Notes: generated by a model not told the origin, from the sequence alone. A stretch of DNA of 54,758 nt from Octopus bimaculoides (GCF_001194135.2 NC_068996.1:5118619-5173376), one strand, 5' to 3'; numbered from the stretch's first letter, positions 11,300 to 24,603 are shown. Program-made: numbers and translations.

Positions 11300-13225
11300 T
11301 TGTGGTGGCAGTTGTATTCTTTTTATACAAGGCTCTCACATCCACATATCAAGCGGGTCACATTTTCCACAATCTTTCCACAGAGTCTGCATTTCTCGGT
11401 GTCAGAAGTTTTATAGATGTTATACTTCACTAACTTGGTAACGAGAGCCTGGTCTTGTGCAGCAATGATCAGGCTTTCGATGGTACGCCTCAAATCACCA
11501 CTCTCAAGCCATACCCACGATGCTGTATTATCCTTAACGTCCTGTGTATTCCTTTCAAACTGTCCATGCAATCTTATTTCAAGAAGGTCTCCTTTCCCCT
11601 TCTCCTCAGCTCTTCGGTTAAACTCTTCCTTGCCCATCATTTCATCTGCATTTACACCCATATCTTTCAAGGCATATTGCAGTGGCTCTTCATCACTATT
11701 TATCAAATACTCGGCAAGCATTCTCCTTTCACTCCTTATACATTGGTCTATACTAATTAGTCCTCTGCCACCATTCTTTCTTTTCATAACAGTCTGTTTA
11801 CGTTTGCTTTAGCGTGTAGCGCCCCGTGCAGCGTCAACTTTCTCATCCTTCTATCCAGTGTTGGTATTTCCTCTTTAGTCCATTTGAGGATGGGCGCACT
11901 GTATCTGACCATCGTAACTGCCTAGATATTCATTGCCGTAATCAAATTTTTGGCATTCAGGCTGGATTTCAACACCATCTTCACCCTTTTTTGACTTTCA
12001 TTTCTCTGTGTAGAATGTCATCCAGTTCCAAAATCCCTAAATATCTATACCCACTACCGTCGGGTTCACCCATGGTCTCTCCTGGTGGTAATCGCAATCC
12101 TCTACAGGCTGCTTTCTTCCTTCTTTTTATATTAAGTACTGAGCATTTAGCAATTCCAAATTCCATACCAATGTCCCTAGCACAGTTCTCGACTGTTTTG
12201 GTTAAGGAATCTATCTGCTTTTCAGATTTCCCTAACAATTTCAGGTCATCTATAAACAGAAGATAGTTCAATGATGGGCCTTTCTTCCCACTCGGTAACC
12301 CATCTTAACTTTCCTAAGTGTCATTGTTATGGTTGTTAGTGCAATTACAAATAGTAACAGAGAAAACGAGTCACCTTCGAAGATTCCCCTTTTAATATTA
12401 ACTTCTCCAAGGAATAGATTACTTGAGAACAAATTGGTTTTCCACTCTTTCATCAGAAAATCTGTCATATTGTCAGCAACACCAAACATCTTCAGGCATT
12501 CAACTATCCAAGAATGAGGCATCATATCATATGCCTTCTTAAAGTCAATCCAAGCAACATTCATGTATGATGTTTTTTGTTTTTTTACAATGCCTCAAAA
12601 GTGTTTTCTCGATGACCACGTGATCCTTGGTACCCCGAGAACTCTTTCTACATGCTTTTTGTTCCCTTGGTAGTATTTCTTCCGGTACCAGGGAAATGTA
12701 TTTCTTTGCCGCACATATTCCAGTGACTATCTTCCAGATTATGTTTAGGCATGCTATGGGACGGTAGTTTCCCACAATATTCTCCTTTCTTCTATCTTTC
12801 ATTACAAGTGTTGTCCTCCCAGTCAACATCCATGTGGGGACTGTACCTTTCTAAACACTCATTGAATGGGGCTGCTAGTGCTTCATGCACCGCGTGGCAT
12901 CTCTTCAGCCAAAAGCCATGAATCCCATCTGGTCCGGGGGCTTTCCAGTTAGGCACTTTACCCATTTTTTATTTCACATCACCCGTGCTTATGACAATAT
13001 TCCTTTGTTTCTTTCCTCTTTGTAATTCTGTCATGATAGTTCCTATCCACATTGCGTCCCTTTTATGCACCACATTGTTTCCCCATAATTCGCGCCAGAA
13101 CTCCTTGGTTTGATTTGTATCAGGAGCAACATTTTCCCCATTTTCCCCATTCTAACGTTCGGAGGAATTGCTTCGGCTTATTTTTGAACAATCTGTTCTC
13201 GAACTGCTTATTTCTGTTCACAAAT
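11300..13225 (-). mobile_element. R4/Dong-clade non-LTR retrotransposon, longest fragment (RT and zinc knuckle), frameshifted
   Basis: Consecutive ORFs: NYRPIACLNIIWK; WIDFKKAYDMMPHSW...RGIFEGDS; LLFIDDLKL; YRYLGILE; GGRGL...AAQDQAL...CRLCGKIVENVTRLICGC. Confidence 0.93.
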
Positions 13226-13293
13226 TATTATTATTATTATTACTGTTGTTGTTGCTGTTGTTGTTGTTGTTGTTGTCGTCGTCGTCGTCGTCG

Positions 13294-13340
<47 letters not shown>

Positions 13341-13348
13341 GGTGGTGG

Positions 13349-13382
<34 letters not shown>

Positions 13383-13427
13383 CATGATGATGGTGGTGAT
13401 GATGATGATGATGATATTGCTATTGTA

Positions 13428-13605
13428 AGGTGGCGAGCTGACAGAATCGTTAGCACGTCGTATATTTCTTCTAGCTCTTTACGTTCTGAGTTCAAGTTCC
13501 ACCTAGGCCGATAAAATAAATGCCACTTGACCCCTGGAGTTGATAAAATCGGCTTACCCATTGCCCATGAAATCTTTGGCCTCGTATTAAAATTTGAAAC
13601 CATTA
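13428..13605 (+). mobile_element. SINE family B (internally degraded)
   Basis: AGGTGGCGAGCTGACAGAATCGTTAGC head, GAGTTCAAG, tail AATTTGAAACC then (ATT)n. Confidence 0.75.
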
Positions 13606-13645
<40 letters not shown>

Positions 13646-13647
<2 letters not shown>

Positions 13648-13930
13648 GCAAGAATGGCCCGAGTGAATGGGTCTACTCTAAGGATGCGCCTGTAGACAAA
13701 GTGGAAAGGGCACTTACCCTGATGGTCAGGACTGTTACGGACTTGTGGGATTTTCACGAGCACTCCTAGGAAGTCTCCCTTTTTTGTTGTTATATTCGAT
13801 TATTGTTTTCGTTGTTTATTGTTTACGCGACTTTCATGTAACCCCACATTGTATTTGTCCTGTGCTGTCCATAATGCTTTTTATTATTAAATCCTTTGTA
13901 GTTAATAAAGAAATCATTATTATTATTATT
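13646..13930 (+). mobile_element. Tx1/L1-clade LINE 3' terminus with 3' UTR
   Basis: Frame ARMARVNGSTLRMRL* parallels WVKAARMG...TLSIHL at about 14560-14610. AATAAAG then (ATT)n tail; (ATT)n also on the 5' side. Confidence 0.55.
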
Positions 13931-13934
13931 TTAT

Positions 13935-14160
13935 TGTCTTTGCACAGCTTCTAACGCTGGAGATGTACTACGGTGTTACCTGTTCACTACCATTTTTCGA
14001 GCACCATCTGGAGTATTCGAGCAGTTCCACACCAGTATTATTTTCTGCCAAATGCTCCACCCTTATTGCAGCTCCTATTTATACCATGTACTTCCCAAGA
14101 TTTTTACTCACTGTTCCCAGGGCTCCGACAATTATTGGTACTTCTACCACCTTTTTTAAA
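13935..14160 (-). mobile_element. R4/Dong 3' end (same subfamily as 2830-3000)
   Basis: CACTGTTCCCAGGGCTCCGACAATTATTGGTACT is shared with 2943-2976. Minus translation VPIIVGALGTVSKNL. Confidence 0.85.
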
Positions 14161-14169
14161 TAACAATTT

Positions 14170-14905
14170 CAATAATGGTTTTCCTATATCAGCGGAGCAA
14201 TGCAGTTTAGAGTGCCAGTGGCAACCAGAATTTCAACATTCTTAGAGATGCTGCGTGTGCTGACTAAAATACAACTAATTTGTGGAGTCGAACGGCTGCT
14301 GTAGCGTGTATAACAGATTCTGTTATCTGATGATTCAATCCTGAATGTCATACCGGCGCTTTCGTTCGGCCGGAGAGGTCAGACAGTTTTCATTCAGTCT
14401 GATAGCTATGGGGAAGGACTGAAAATAGACGCTTTCCTCTTGAGCTGAGCCTGCATCAACTTCTTCAAATGCTACTTGGAGAGAAAGGGGATGCTGGTGA
14501 AGAAAGCCAGCGTAGAGGGGAAGGTGTTACCCTCAGCAATGAATTTCGAGTAATTGGGTGAAAGCAGCGAGAATGGGCTGATTAATAAGCCTTACTCTAA
14601 GCATTCACCTGCATTGGTCAAATATAACTAACTGAGCACATGATTTACGAAGCAAAGGTAACTCGAAATCTGCCTGGTTACCGCTTTGACCTCCCAATGC
14701 AGTTGTCTCGCTATTGAGACGTTTCGCTTAATTTTTGCCTACCATGTTGTTTTTCACGGCTGCTTTCTATCAGGGGATTGTGTGTCACCCTCGACCCCTT
14801 CCCTGTTCAGGATACCCCAATAATCGCGTCAAAATGTCCGCCGTCTCGTAATTTGTCTCCGCAATGTCTCTCAACCCGTCACCCTTGTGGAAAACCTTTA
14901 TTGAA
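14170..14905 (+). mobile_element. Decayed Tx1/L1-clade ORF2 C-terminus plus probable 3' UTR
   Basis: Manual translation: VERLL*RV*QILLSDDSI...GLKIDAFLLS*ACINFFKCYLERK...WVKAARM. Recognised by motif resemblance only. Confidence 0.5.
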
Positions 14906-15899
14906 ATTATTATCATTAATCATCACCATCATCATCATTATTGTTGTTGTTGCTGTGGTTATGGTTGTTTTTCTTGTTTTTATAATTCTTGCTGTCGTCG
15001 TTGTCATCGTTGTTGATGTTGTTGCTGCTGTTGCTGCTATATTAATATTATGTTCATTTTATAAATGTTATTATTAATATTGTTCTTTAAACTTTCAAAA
15101 TGTCTAACTTAATTGAATATTGAAACTTAATATATTATAATAAAATATAATATAAAGTTTGTTGAGGTTTTTTTTTTTTTCCTTCTATTCTATAAATTAC
15201 AATCCGACTGTCTGAAAACTGAGTCGTCTATAGAAATAATGTTTTATAAGGTTTTAAAGTAAGTTTAGTGCGACATTCAATTCCATTTAATCAAATCCTT
15301 AGAGAACCACTGTTTTTTAATCTATACACTATACAAGTAACACACAACTCATGGCTTATGAGGCATCGAAAGAGCATCAACATGTCGCCACACCAGCTAA
15401 AAATAGGAGCCGATTCTTCTGCAACTGACGCCCTTCAGTATTAAAAGTATATTGCAGCCTTGTGTTCATTACTCACACGAAAACAAAAACAGGGTGGTCA
15501 TATGGTAGTTTTATCAATAAAAACTACGAATGCTTTACAAGTAAATGGGGAAGCTTCTATGTGATGGAAACATTTACAGAAGTAACAGCAAAAGTCTCCA
15601 TTAAATTATAGCCAGTGTGAAAAAACGTAAAATACACAGGGCAATGTACCCCCTTCGCAACTAACATATTTTTTTAATAGGTTTATTCAACCAGGGTTGA
15701 TCTGGGGATAAGTGACAGCGCGAACAACAGCTATAGCTTTAATTTCTTGTATCTGTTGCCTGAAACATCGATGAAGAACTGAAAAGTTATTTTACGCAAC
15801 AATCAATGATTGTTATTTCATCCAAATGTTTTCAGTCATTTCAAATTCCACCGAAGTCAAAATGGCTGCTTATCACTCTATAGGTGTCAGTTCTTCTCG

Positions 15900-16274
15900 T
15901 TCTCACTCTCACACTTTCTTTCGCTTTCTATTCCCCCCCCCTCTTTCTCTCTTTCTGTCTCTCTCTCTTCCTCTCAGGCTTTACTTCTCTTTCTCTCCGT
16001 CTTTCTCTCTTTCATGTTTTCTTTCTCTTTCTTGTTCTCTTTCTCTCTTTCTCTCACGTTTTCTTTCTTCTTCTTTCTTTCTCTCTCTCTCACTTTCTCT
16101 CTTTCTCTCATGTTTTATTTCTCCATCTCTCTCTTTCTCTTTCCCTCTTTCTGTTTCTCTTCCTCTCACACTTTCTTTTTCTTTCTCCCTCGCTCTTTGT
16201 CTCTCACGTTTACTTTCTCCTTTCTCTTTCCTTCTCTCTTTCTCTCTCTCTCACACACTTTCTTTCACTCTCCA

Positions 16275-16317
<43 letters not shown>

Positions 16318-16327
16318 NNNNNNNNNN

Positions 16328-16373
<46 letters not shown>

Positions 16374-16395
16374 GCTTCCCCTCTCTTTCTCTCTT
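15900..16395. repeat. (TC)n/pyrimidine-rich low-complexity tract
   Basis: Direct reading. Includes a 10-N gap at 16318-16327. Confidence 0.9.
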
Positions 16396-16884
16396 TGAGT
16401 TTCTAGGGCTTAGAAGATACCTGAGGCTAGTTTAAGACAACCACTCCCGCCAGAAATATTGAAGGGTTCAACTTGGATCGAACCTTCTCTTCTCACTTAA
16501 AATACTGCAGTAGCAGTCTATACAAGAAACCATTAAACATGATAGGTAGGGATGGACCAGTGTGCAGTATTTTACAGAAAGTCTAAAAGTCAAAGCAATC
16601 ATGCATGTCTGCAATGTACGAATGTGAGCATAAATGTATGTCTACATACAATATATATGAAACATGTGTAGGTCTATGTAAGGAATAAAAGCTAATGCTA
16701 TGCCACTTCGTAATAATCATTATTATTATTATTGTTGGTATATGTGTGTGTATGTGTGTGTGTGCGCGCGTGTGTGTGTGCGCGTGTGTGTGTGCGCGTG
16801 TGTGTGTATGTATGTATATCTGTATGTATGGACTACGTGTTGATGTATGATGTGCATGCGTCACGGACACGCACACGCACACAT

Positions 16885-17190
16885 ATTTTAATGTTGATGC
16901 CAAACCTGTTGGCATCAACTTTAAAATTCACCCAAGGCTTTGGTACCCGTACCATCTATCCTCCACAAAGATCATGCTCGCGTTACACCACAACACAAAG
17001 AACTTGTCCACCTCAACTGACCAAGCTCTCTTCGATATCATGCCAAGACATATAAGAGAAGAGAAAAAAAGTTTCCTAATATTCAACGGTTCCCGAACCA
17101 CCTGTACCCGGATATAAAGGTGGTTCTGCAGACAACAACTCTTTAATCAAATGGGCTATGGTGCCCCAAAATTGACAGTAATATGAAATA
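16885..17190 (+). mobile_element. CR1-clade LINE 3' fragment
   Basis: Frameshifted GINFKIHPRL...QALFDIMPRHIRE...TVPEPPVPGYKGGSADNNSLIKW, resembling the CR1 LFN.LP..IR...VPD.P..PGY...NSL terminus. Confidence 0.6.
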
Positions 17191-18319
17191 TCTTTAAATG
17201 TCTTTTCCAGGCTATGCTATTAAGTTAGTCATGGCGTAGGTAAATGCTGGCCGAAACTTATCTACCTATGGGTATACGTCTTGTAGTATGTTGTTTAAAG
17301 CCTGTTCACAGTATTCGGTTACCTGACGTCAATAAGAGTTTCGCTGTATATTCCACTGGATTTACTTCAGGAACTCATCTGTTTATATGGAGTTTATAAA
17401 GACACGAGATAAAGAAATTGAAAATTAAAAGTCTCTTTATTCATGACACTTTGCAGGTGAGATGTTTTACAAATATTTGTGCTGCATCACAAGTGCAGGT
17501 GTGTCTCCTCAGGTGATTTAATTGTCATTACGTTAGTTTATATTCACTGCTAATGATAGTTTATTCGCCTCATTTATTTTATCTTTATGTATTTTATTTC
17601 ATTTTATTCTCAGTCACTTCCAAATATTACTTTGTTGCTTATATCAAGCATGTTAATCATTTCTCAGTTCCTTTTGCAGGCGATGAGTACGTCACAAGAA
17701 CAAAAATATATTGATATGTTAACAAACGTAATGACAAATAAATCACCCGAGACGACACATCTGCACCAATTCATATTTAGGAAGCGTTCAAGATACTTGA
17801 CCGAACCAAGCTTGTTTAAATCTTCAACGACTCTATTCGGCACCAAACGAGAAGGAAATTACTAAGGCATTGACTACGAAAATATTTCATTAATCATATG
17901 AATGTCATTTATTTTCTTTCGAACTTTGACACAAGCATTTTCTTGCCAAGGAAAACGTTCAACTACGAGTGAGAGAAGGAGTCTTTGTAACAAATATTAA
18001 TTTGTATATCCAAATTAATGCCGCGTGTTTTTAGATTCCAAGAAACCCAAAGCTTAAGTTGCGCTTGAATGAAATAAAGAGCAGAAATATCTACATATTA
18101 TATTTTACAGAGAGAAATGGTTATGCATCAAATGTGCAAAGTCGTTTAACTGGCAACAAGTTTATGACAGTAACTTACAATTGAAAGTATCCTTAAACTA
18201 TGAGCGTTTTTATAGATACCTAAATGAATATATATACACATATATGTAAGCATACACAATAATGGATGGTTGTTGACTGGCCTGAGCTCATTCGTTCTTC
18301 GATAAATTTTTTCTTATCC

Positions 18320-18400
18320 AACGGTGTTACCAAAATTCACTATGTCGTCGAAAAACCTCGACAGGTTTGCCACTTCCGTTCCTGACGATCCAAACCACGC
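18320..18400 (+). mobile_element. CR1-like 3' remnant
   Basis: KNLDRFATSVPDDP resembles the LD.FL..VPD.P terminus. Confidence 0.35.
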
Positions 18401-18659
18401 ATCAAGTTGTTCTGTCTTACATTATTGCTGGCAGCCGGATTTTGGATACCATATCTCCATCCATCCAGACACACACATGCACACACATATACGCTTACGT
18501 ACGCACACAGACATATATGTATATACACTCTCGAACGCATGCACATACATAAATACACAAACACAAACACATGCACGCATATAGTATATTTTTTCTTTTG
18601 AATTTTGTTATTTCTTTTTATTTATCAATCTACAACGGAAGAGGTTTTTGCATCATATA

Positions 18660-19025
18660 CTCTTTTACTCTTTTACTTGTTTCAGTGGTTTGACTGCGGC
18701 CATGCTAGAGCACCGCCTTTAGTCAAACAAATCGACCCCAGGACTTATTCTTTGTAAGCCTAGTACTTATTCTATCGGTCTCTTTTGCCGAACCGCTAAG
18801 ATACGGGGACGTAAACACACCAGCATCGGTTGTCAAGCGATGCTGGAGGGACAAACACAGACACACAAACACACACACATATATATATATATATATACGA
18901 CGGTCTTCTTTCAGTTTCCGTCTACCTAATCCGCTCACAAGGCTTTGGTCGGCCCGAGGCAATAGTAGAAGACACTTGCCCAAGGTGCCACGCAGTCGGA
19001 CTGAACCTAGAACTATATGGTTGGT
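18660..19025 (-). mobile_element. SINE family A with internal microsatellite; head runs into gap
   Basis: B-box region GGTTCAGTCC (rc), CORE-like CCTTGGGCAAGTG, internal CA/TA repeat at 18860-18897, tail (AGTAAA)n. Confidence 0.88.
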
Positions 19026-19949
19026 NNNNNNNNNNNNNNNNNNNNNNNNNNNNNNNNNNNNNNNNNNNNNNNNNNNNNNNNNNNNNNNNNNNNNNNNNNN
19101 NNNNNNNNNNNNNNNNNNNNNNNNNNNNNNNNNNNNNNNNNNNNNNNNNNNNNNNNNNNNNNNNNNNNNNNNNNNNNNNNNNNNNNNNNNNNNNNNNNNN
19201 NNNNNNNNNNNNNNNNNNNNNNNNNNNNNNNNNNNNNNNNNNNNNNNNNNNNNNNNNNNNNNNNNNNNNNNNNNNNNNNNNNNNNNNNNNNNNNNNNNNN
19301 NNNNNNNNNNNNNNNNNNNNNNNNNNNNNNNNNNNNNNNNNNNNNNNNNNNNNNNNNNNNNNNNNNNNNNNNNNNNNNNNNNNNNNNNNNNNNNNNNNNN
19401 NNNNNNNNNNNNNNNNNNNNNNNNNNNNNNNNNNNNNNNNNNNNNNNNNNNNNNNNNNNNNNNNNNNNNNNNNNNNNNNNNNNNNNNNNNNNNNNNNNNN
19501 NNNNNNNNNNNNNNNNNNNNNNNNNNNNNNNNNNNNNNNNNNNNNNNNNNNNNNNNNNNNNNNNNNNNNNNNNNNNNNNNNNNNNNNNNNNNNNNNNNNN
19601 NNNNNNNNNNNNNNNNNNNNNNNNNNNNNNNNNNNNNNNNNNNNNNNNNNNNNNNNNNNNNNNNNNNNNNNNNNNNNNNNNNNNNNNNNNNNNNNNNNNN
19701 NNNNNNNNNNNNNNNNNNNNNNNNNNNNNNNNNNNNNNNNNNNNNNNNNNNNNNNNNNNNNNNNNNNNNNNNNNNNNNNNNNNNNNNNNNNNNNNNNNNN
19801 NNNNNNNNNNNNNNNNNNNNNNNNNNNNNNNNNNNNNNNNNNNNNNNNNNNNNNNNNNNNNNNNNNNNNNNNNNNNNNNNNNNNNNNNNNNNNNNNNNNN
19901 NNNNNNNNNNNNNNNNNNNNNNNNNNNNNNNNNNNNNNNNNNNNNNNNN

Positions 19950-19989
<40 letters not shown>

Positions 19990-20643
19990 AATGTACATAT
20001 ACACAAATATACAAACATACATATACATATATATATACATATATGCATGCATACACATGTACAGAATACACACCAATAAAATGTCTGCTGTTAGTATAAA
20101 TAATAAGGGAGAAATATAATTGTTGCCGATTAAGATGGAAATTTATAATAAATATAATGAAAAAAAAAATTACATTTAACAGGCACAATATAATGTCTAC
20201 TTTTTAAAAGGAAAGAGAATAGTTGCGAAAAACGGTAATTCTATCAGTAGCTGTCATTGCCTTTCTAACACAATAGTCGTATTTCTGCGGTCCAAAATAC
20301 CAACATTCCTTTCGCTCAATTCTTTCCCATTATATGTAATCAATATAATACACATTGCCCCTACTGTCCCAACTCATTACTAACACATGCGCACTCCATC
20401 AAATGACCTTGTCTCACTGCCAACCCTTGAACACTCTATCATATAATTTCGTCACATTAACAACACATGCACAGTGACACAAGATCTTGCCACATTAACC
20501 ACATTTCATTTTACACGCTCTTTCAAACAATAAACCACTATCAGCTGTGTTCTACCACTACTAACAATTTATTACGATTGAAAGAAAAACTTCCAAGTCA
20601 CACTTGTCTTTTGTCTTATTTTATTATTATTAATTTATCATTA

Positions 20644-20714
<71 letters not shown>

Positions 20715-21114
20715 TGTTTCTATGATTTTTTTTGGTTGTTTGTTGGGTGGTAGTTTTGTTAAGGATGTTTTTTTATTTTTATTATTGTTATTTTTCTTTT
20801 CATTTTCTTATAACGCCCCTCCTTTGCACCACAACATCCTCTCATCTTTTATTTGGTCTCTTCCCCACATCCTTATTATCATTAACTCATTAACTCTCTT
20901 CCTTTGCTCTCTCCACTTTCTTTTTTTCTATCTATCTATCTATCTATATATATATATATATCTGTCTGTCTGTCTGTCCGTCCATATATCTATCCGTCTA
21001 TCTATCTATCGATCTATCTGTCTATCTACCTACCTCTTCTTGACTTTACCATACTATATATGTGTGTGTGAGTGTGTGTATGTGCGTGTGCATGAATGTA
21101 CATGTACAAATATG

Positions 21115-21161
<47 letters not shown>

Positions 21162-21172
21162 ACACACACACG

Positions 21173-21232
<60 letters not shown>

Positions 21233-21509
21233 AACACACATGTACAGATGTACATATATATATATATGTGTGCATCTATATATCGATATGATTCTATATA
21301 TCTATGTATACATATATATGTATATGTATATGCATATATATGTGTGTGTTTGTGTGTATGTATCTATATACTAATGTATGTATGTATGTATGTATGTATA
21401 CAAGCAAACACATGTATATATAGTTGTGTCTGTGTGCATGTCTGCATAGACATATGTCAATTTCTATCTCTGTTTCCTTTGATATCTCTATAGATTTTTA
21501 CATTATATT

Positions 21510-22260
21510 TCTTCTTCTTCTTCTTCTTCTTCTTCTTCTTCTTCTTCTTCTTCTTCTTCTTCTTCTTCTTCTTCTTCTTCTTCTTCTTCTTCTTCTTCTT
21601 CTTCTTCTTCTTCGTCTCCTTCTCCTGTTCTTCCTCCTCCTACTCCTCCTTCGTTTTTTCCACTTTCCCTGCACCTTTCTTATAACCTCTACTTCTTTAG
21701 TTTTTCTCTTCTAACGCTTTCATAATTCTCTATATTCCACCACCATTTTCTTCTTTCTTCTTATCTCTATTTATTGATCTTACATCATTCTATCCTCCTT
21801 TCGTTCTTTTTATTTTTCTCTATTTCTCTCTTCTAGCTTCTCACTTTTACTATTTCTCTTGCTTTCAGTTCATCTTTCCTTTACTGCTTTTCAATTCTTT
21901 CAACATTATATTTCTTCTCTCCTCTCACGATTTTCACTCATCACACTCACTTTCTTGTAAGGATTCTCTCCTGTTCTCCGTCTCCCTCTCTCCTCTGTAT
22001 ATATATATATATATATCTTCTCCCCATCTGTAATTTATATCTCATTTCTCTCCTATCTTTCCTCATCTCCATACGCCTGACTCTTCAATCTCTCTTTCTA
22101 CACCTATCCTCCACTCCTCTTCCCAGCATTCTATTTCCACGTCCTCCTATTTCTACATCTGCTTATTCAACCTATTCACCAATCCTCCGCTCTCCTTCCT
22201 CCACTTACTCTCCCTTCTGTCCCATAACCATATCTACTTGTCTTCGCCGCATATTAGAAA
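21510..22260. repeat. (CTT)n microsatellite followed by a pyrimidine-rich tract
   Basis: Direct reading. Confidence 0.85.
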
Positions 22261-22427
22261 TTCAGAATCACTGCCGTTGTCTTTCTCCACTCACAGAATG
22301 AATTAATGCTTTCAAAATAAATTATTACATTAGCATTAACGGGCTACAATTTATGTATGGAATATATAAATACACAATAATGCGTGCACACACACTCAGA
22401 CACCCACACGCATACTTATATACGTAC

Positions 22428-22461
<34 letters not shown>

Positions 22462-24021
22462 GTATGTATCATATATATATATATATNNNNNNNNNNNNNN
22501 NNNNNNNNNNNNNNNNNNNNNNNNNNNNNNNNNNNNNNNNNNNNNNNNNNNNNNNNNNNNNNNNNNNNNNNNNNNNNNNNNNNNNNNNNNNNNNNNNNNN
22601 NNNNNNNNNNNNNNNNNNNNNNNNNNNNNNNNNNNNNNNNNNNNNNNNNNNNNNNNNNNNNNNNNNNNNNNNNNNNNNNNNNNNNNNNNNNNNNNNNNNN
22701 NNNNNNNNNNNNNNNNNNNNNNNNNNNNNNNNNNNNNNNNNNNNNNNNNNNNNNNNNNNNNNNNNNNNNNNNNNNNNNNNNNNNNNNNNNNNNNNNNNNN
22801 NNNNNNNNNNNNNNNNNNNNNNNNNNNNNNNNNNNNNNNNNNNNNNNNNNNNNNNNNNNNNNNNNNNNNNNNNNNNNNNNNNNNNNNNNNNNNNNNNNNN
22901 NNNNNNNNNNNNNNNNNNNNNNNNNNNNNNNNNNNNNNNNNNNNNNNNNNNNNNNNNNNNNNNNNNNNNNNNNNNNNNNNNNNNNNNNNNNNNNNNNNNN
23001 NNNNNNNNNNNNNNNNNNNNNNNNNNNNNNNNNNNNNNNNNNNNNNNNNNNNNNNNNNNNNNNNNNNNNNNNNNNNNNNNNNNNNNNNNNNNNNNNNNNN
23101 NNNNNNNNNNNNNNNNNNNNNNNNNNNNNNNNNNNNNNNNNNNNNNNNNNNNNNNNNNNNNNNNNNNNNNNNNNNNNNNNNNNNNNNNNNNNNNNNNNNN
23201 NNNNNNNNNNNNNNNNNNNNNNNNNNNNNNNNNNNNNNNNNNNNNNNNNNNNNNNNNNNNNNNNNNNNNNNNNNNNNNNNNNNNNNNNNNNNNNNNNNNN
23301 NNNNNNNNNNNNNNNNNNNNNNNNNNNNNNNNNNNNNNNNNNNNNNNNNNNNNNNNNNNNNNNNNNNNNNNNNNNNNNNNNNNNNNNNNNNNNTATATAT
23401 ATACTCAGACAGACACACACACACATATACATACGTACATTTGTATATACGCGTATTTGTGTGACACACACATTCATACATATTTGTATATGTGCGTCAA
23501 TATGTTTATATGAATCTATATATGACTGTATATGCATATATATGTTTGTATACATATGTATATTTAGATACGTGACTATCAGCATATGTATATATAGTTG
23601 AGTGTCTAAATAAATATAAAATACAAAATTTAACAAATTGTTTTTCTTCTTCTTTTTTTTTATTGTTGTTTACTTGCTAGTTATACACTATCAAATAACT
23701 TGCCTAACAACAAAGTCAAAACATATGACAGTATTCTTTGACAATCCAAAATAGCGACACATTGAGTTTATGTCGCATTCCTATGTTGTACCTTTCCTGT
23801 GAGATCTATTCTAATGGTGGTGGATAAAATTAGAAATAAATAAATAAACGGAATAACCTGTAGAGGTTATTGGGTGAGAAGAGGAGATACGGGGAAATTT
23901 CTTTTCATATTTAAAAGTGGGCTTTTTGTATCGTTTATTACTAAATTCTATTTAATAATAGAAAAAAGAATTTACTAATATCAGCAAAATTAATAAGATA
24001 CTAATAGCAGGAATGCTGTTA

Positions 24022-24056
<35 letters not shown>

Positions 24057-24211
24057 AACACAGGCACACACACACAGACATGTTTGTATGTATATATACA
24101 TATACATATATATACATGTGTACACACACTTATATTTATCTATCTATACATATATACATGTGTGTGTGTGTGTGTATATATACATACACACACGCATATA
24201 TATATATATAT

Positions 24212-24338
24212 ATCATTTATATACTTATAAGCACACGTATATATACTATGCATACACTGCTTGAATATGTATGTGTATATATATATATATACATATATAT
24301 ATATGCACATATATATATATATATACAGATATATATTT

Positions 24339-24379
<41 letters not shown>

Positions 24380-24603
24380 NNNNNNNNNNNNNNNNNNNNN
24401 NNNNNNNNNNNNNNNNNNNNNNNNNNNNNNNNNNNNNNNNNNNNNNNNNNNNNNNNNNNNNNNNNNNNNNNNNNNNNNNNNNNNNNNNNNNNNNNNNNNN
24501 NNNNNNNNNNNNNNNNNNNNNNNNNNNNNNNNATATATACACATACATATTCAAGCAGTGTATGTATAGTATATGTACGTGTGCTTATAAGTATATAAAT
24601 GAT
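24212..24603. repeat. Inverted repeat (about 70-bp arms) around (TA)n and an N gap
   Basis: 24212-24280 is the reverse complement of 24533-24603 with 2 mismatches seen. Confidence 0.8.

Noticed and set aside
14478-14498. Collagen-like GEKGDAG peptide
   Set aside because: Only two to three triplets, and it is an alternative frame of the Tx1-like ORF2 fossil.
15766-15779. CATCGATGAAGAAC, identical to a conserved 5.8S rRNA motif
   Set aside because: 14-nt match only; the flanks show no rRNA similarity.
17680-17865. Good acceptor followed by an ORF with dibasic sites (AMSTSQEQ...FRKRSR...GTKREGNY), neuropeptide-like at a glance
   Set aside because: No signal peptide or amidation pattern. The opposite strand (NRVVEDLNKL) looks like a LINE 3' remnant.
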